This document shows, one piece after another, positions 60,659 to 64,000 of a DNA stretch of 64,000 nt; position 1 is the stretch's first letter; each line of letters starts with the position of its first letter. The stretch comes from an uncultured Cytophagales bacterium (lineage in GTDB: Bacteria > Bacteroidota > Bacteroidia > Cytophagales > Spirosomataceae). Where the stretch lies: contig CAVVQL010000007.1 of NCBI GenBank assembly GCA_963750355.1, positions 314,288-378,287 of the forward strand, read 5' to 3'. The position numbers and the translations under genes are program-made. The notes under the pieces were generated by a model. It saw nothing but the letters and a program-made list of their open reading frames with translations, was not told where the DNA came from and did not search any database.

Positions 60659-60764
60659 GGACGGATCGGGTTTGGTAAAATTTTTAGTAAAGAACGTTTT
60701 TTTTTGATTCCATCCGCAAGGGTACCCCCCGGCTTTACGTAGATTGCGCCTTTTCCAGTCTACC

Positions 60765-61496
60765 ATGCACTTCCTCTTAAAACTGCTTGGTCTCAGCCTG
60801 CTCGTTCAGTTCGCGGTAGCCCAGAACAGGGCCGGGCAATTGGTGGCCACAGACAGTACGTTTACCAGGGCAGCGGTCCAATACGCCATTGCCCGTCACC
60901 AGCAGGTTGGCAACACCCTCGAACGCCTGTATAATGGCCCGGAATACATCAGCTACGACCGGCGATTGACGGGCCACGCCTTTTTTCCGACCGATACCAT
61001 GCGTGACGGGCAGGTGACCTACGAAGGGGGGCAGTTTACCGTGCCGCTCTTATACGATATTGTCAAAGACGTGGTGGTAATCGTACACACGAGTGGCTAC
61101 CGCATGACCCTTCATTCCGACCGTGTTCAGCGCTTTTCGGTCGATACCCACACGTTCATCCGGCTCGACAGCAGCGGACAGGCCGTGCCGAAGGGGTTCT
61201 ACGATCTGCTCTACGGGGGCTCAACGCAATTGCTGGCCCGGCGCACCAAGGAGATTCTGGTAAACCCAACGGCCTTTAGCTTCGGAATTTACAACCCCAA
61301 AACGGCCTATTACATCCGGAAAAATGGGCGCTACTTCCCGGCAAAAAACAAGCGGGCGTTGCTTGCGCTGCTGGGCGATCGCCGGAAGCAACTGATGAGC
61401 TACGCCCGGCAGCAGAAACTCAAATTCAGACCGTCGCCGGAAAAGGCGTTTCTGGAGCTTACTCAACAGTATGACCAATTGACCAGCTCGTTATGA
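60765..61496 (+). CDS. Hypothetical exported protein preceding the TonB receptor
   Basis: Signal peptide, LYNGPEY...HAFF, LLYDI..D, GFYDLLY. Confidence 0.7.
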   Translation: MHFLLKLLGLSLLVQFAVAQNRAGQLVATDSTFTRAAVQYAIARHQQVGNTLERLYNGPEYISYDRRLTGHAFFPTDTMRDGQVTYEGGQFTVPLLYDIVKDVVVIVHTSGYRMTLHSDRVQRFSVDTHTFIRLDSSGQAVPKGFYDLLYGGSTQLLARRTKEILVNPTAFSFGIYNPKTAYYIRKNGRYFPAKNKRALLALLGDRRKQLMSYARQQKLKFRPSPEKAFLELTQQYDQLTSSL

Positions 61497-64000
61497 GGAA
61501 CCTGTCTCGTCTGCTTTTTATCCTGCTGTGCGTCGGCGTTGCTCACCGGAGCGTTGGTCAGACCAACCGGAACGCAGCCATTAGCGGGAATTTCGAGGGG
61601 CTGTCGTTCCGGCAGTTCAGCGAGGCGATCGAGGCCCGCAGCAGCTACCGGTTTTACGTCAACCCCACCGATGTCGACAGCCTGCAGGTACACCTTCAGG
61701 TAACCGACAAACCCCTCGGCTTTCATACTCACCCGCGTGTTTGACGGAACCCCGCTGCGCTTCGCCATCGACGAGCGCAACCGGGTGTTCATTACCGCCA
61801 ATCAGGCCATTCAGACCGGGTTGCCCATTGGCTTTTTTGACCGGGGAACGGGCCTGGTCAGCGACGATTCGGCTAGTGTCGATTACGGAGCGGCCCGCGA
61901 AAAAACCAGACTGTCGCTCGAAACAAAGCTAGTCGAGATTGGGTCGCGGGGGAGCGGTAACCGGTCGGGCAACGCTACAATCGCGGGCCGGATTCGGAGC
62001 ACCACCACCGGCGAACCCGCCATTGGCGTGTATGTGCTGATTGAAAAACCGCGCATCGGCGTGCTGACCGATCAGTATGGTTCCTACTCCATTTCGCTGC
62101 CCCGTGGGCGGCACGAGCTACAGATCAGGAGCATCGGCATGAAAGATACCAGGCGACAGATCATGCTCTATGGCGATGGCAAGCTGGACATCGACATGGA
62201 CGAAGAGGTGGTTCCGCTGCGGGAGGTCATTGTCGGGGCAAAAAAAGACGTCAACGTAGCGGGCCTGCAAATGGGTGCCGAACGCCTCGACATTCGTACC
62301 ATCAAGCAGGTACCCACCGTACTGGGCGAAGCCGATCTGATCCGCGTAGTGCTGACCCTGCCCGGCGTGAAATCGGTGGGTGAAGGCACCGTGGGGTTCA
62401 ACGTGCGGGGCGGCTCGGCGGGGCAGAACCTGATCCTGTTCAACGACGCCGTGATCTACAACCCGTCGCATTTGTTCGGGTTCTTCTCCGCCTTCAACCC
62501 CGACGTGATCAAATCCGTTGAACTGTATAAAAGTGCCATTCCGGCCCGTTTCGGCGGTCGGCTATCGTCGGTGCTGGACGTAACCACCCGCGACGGCAAC
62601 AAGAAAAAACTGGTTGGTTCGGGGGGCATCGGGCCACTCACCGGTCGGCTGACGCTGGAAGGGCCGCTGCTCTCTGAGAAAACGTCGTTTCTGCTCGGCG
62701 TGCGGTCCACCTATTCCGACTGGCTGCTGAAACAGTTGGCCAATGCGGCCTATCAGAACAGCAAGGCTTCGTTTTACGACCTGAACCTGCACCTGACCCA
62801 CGAGGCCAACGACAAGAACACGTTTTACCTGACCGCCTACACCAGCCGCGACCAGTTTAAACTCAACAGCGACAGCCTGTACACCTACCAGAATCAGGTA
62901 GCCACGCTGAAATGGAAACATGTGTTCAGCAGCAAACTGTACGGCGTGCTGACCGGCACGTATAGCCGGTATCAGTACGACGTGTCGAGCGACCGGAAAC
63001 CAACGGAAGCCTTCAAGTTCGGCTTCGACATTGCCCAGAGCGCCGCCAAGGTCGACTTCAATTATTACCCCAACGCCCAGCATACGATCGACTTTGGGGT
63101 GGGCAGTACCCTCTACAAACTACAGCCCGGCAACCTGCAACCCAGCGGCAAAGCCTCGCTGATCCGCCCCGATGTGGTGCCCGGCGAGCAGGGCGTTGAA
63201 ACCGCCGTGTACATCGGCGACCGGTTCGACCTCACGCCCCGGCTGTCGCTCAACGTTGGGCTGCGGTATTCGCACTTCATGAACCTCGGCCCCAGCCAGG
63301 TGTATGGCTACGCGCCGGGCCTGTCGCGCACCGTAGCCACCATCCGGGATACCGTATCGTATGGCGCGGGCAGTACGGTAAAAACATATCAGGGCCCCGA
63401 ATACCGGGCGGGATTGCGCTATGCCATCAGCGACGATTTTTCGGTGAAAGCGAGTTATAACCGCATGCGGCAGTACCTCAACATGCTGTCGAATACGGTT
63501 GCCGTTTCCCCCCTCGATATTTACAAACTAAGCGACTCGTACATTCAGCCGCAGATCGGCGATCAGTTCTCGCTGGGGCTTTACAAGAACCTGCGGGCCA
63601 ACACCATCGAAGTGTCGGCCGAGGGCTATTACCGGACCCTGACCAACCAGCTCGATTACAAGAGCGGGGCCTCCCTCCTGCTGAATCATCATCTCGAAAC
63701 CGACGTGGTACGGGCCGAAGGGGTGCGCCTACGGGATTGAACTGATGGTGAAAAAGCTGAGCGGTAAGCTCAACGGCTGGATCAGCTACACCTACGCCCG
63801 CTCGCTGCTGCGCACCACCGATACCTACGCGTCTGACGTGGTGAACGAGGGTAAATTCTACCCCAGCAGCTACGACAAACCGCACGACGTAACGCTGATT
63901 GGCAACTACAAGGTAAACCGGCGGTTCAGCATCTCGTTCAACGCCACCTACAGCACCGGCCGACCCATTACCCTGCCCCTGGCCAAGTACGTGCTGGGTG
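61493..64000 (+). CDS. TonB-dependent receptor with carboxypeptidase-like regulatory domain; frameshifts near 61722 and 63722; runs off the window
   Basis: TDQYGSYSISL, LGEADLIR...LPGV, GFNVRGG, NPSHLFGFFSAFN, GGRLSSVL, beta-barrel strands. Confidence 0.9.

Noticed and set aside
1-64000. tRNA, rRNA or riboswitch genes
   Set aside because: None recognised by eye; no TPP riboswitch is evident before thiN. An Infernal/Rfam scan would be needed to exclude them.

Overview
Bacteroidota (Cytophagales, Spirosoma/Fibrella-like, judged from gene content, TAnnTTTG promoter motifs, a T9SS sorting domain and a TonB receptor) chromosomal window. It is mostly housekeeping and accessory metabolism: maeB, trpS, deoC, a CheB/CheR-PAS-kinase, three DEAD-box helicases, a two-component pair, an RND efflux operon, DUF1800/DUF1501, slyD and thiN. 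Several genes carry single-base frameshifts that look like assembly errors. The standout is an intact, co-oriented six-gene locus of about 16 kb (about 29,070-45,022). It encodes a large conserved hypothetical protein, a LamG plus phage tail-fibre/collar protein, an unannotated 54-aa ORF, an AT-rich 831-aa protein carrying all catalytic motifs of edema factor/CyaA/ExoY class II nucleotidyl cyclase toxins, a giant DUF6603-like protein and a 727-aa partner. No sheath, tube, baseplate, VgrG or Tc genes are recognisable, so it is a candidate for an undescribed fibre-targeted toxin delivery system. Also notable are a four-helix-bundle (IVS-type) gene bracketed by inverted heptamer arrays placed exactly between the maeB stop and the trpS start, related gene-less heptamer hairpins, a RAYT transposase flanked by two REPIN-like palindromes, and an IS5 remnant splitting a response regulator/kinase pair.
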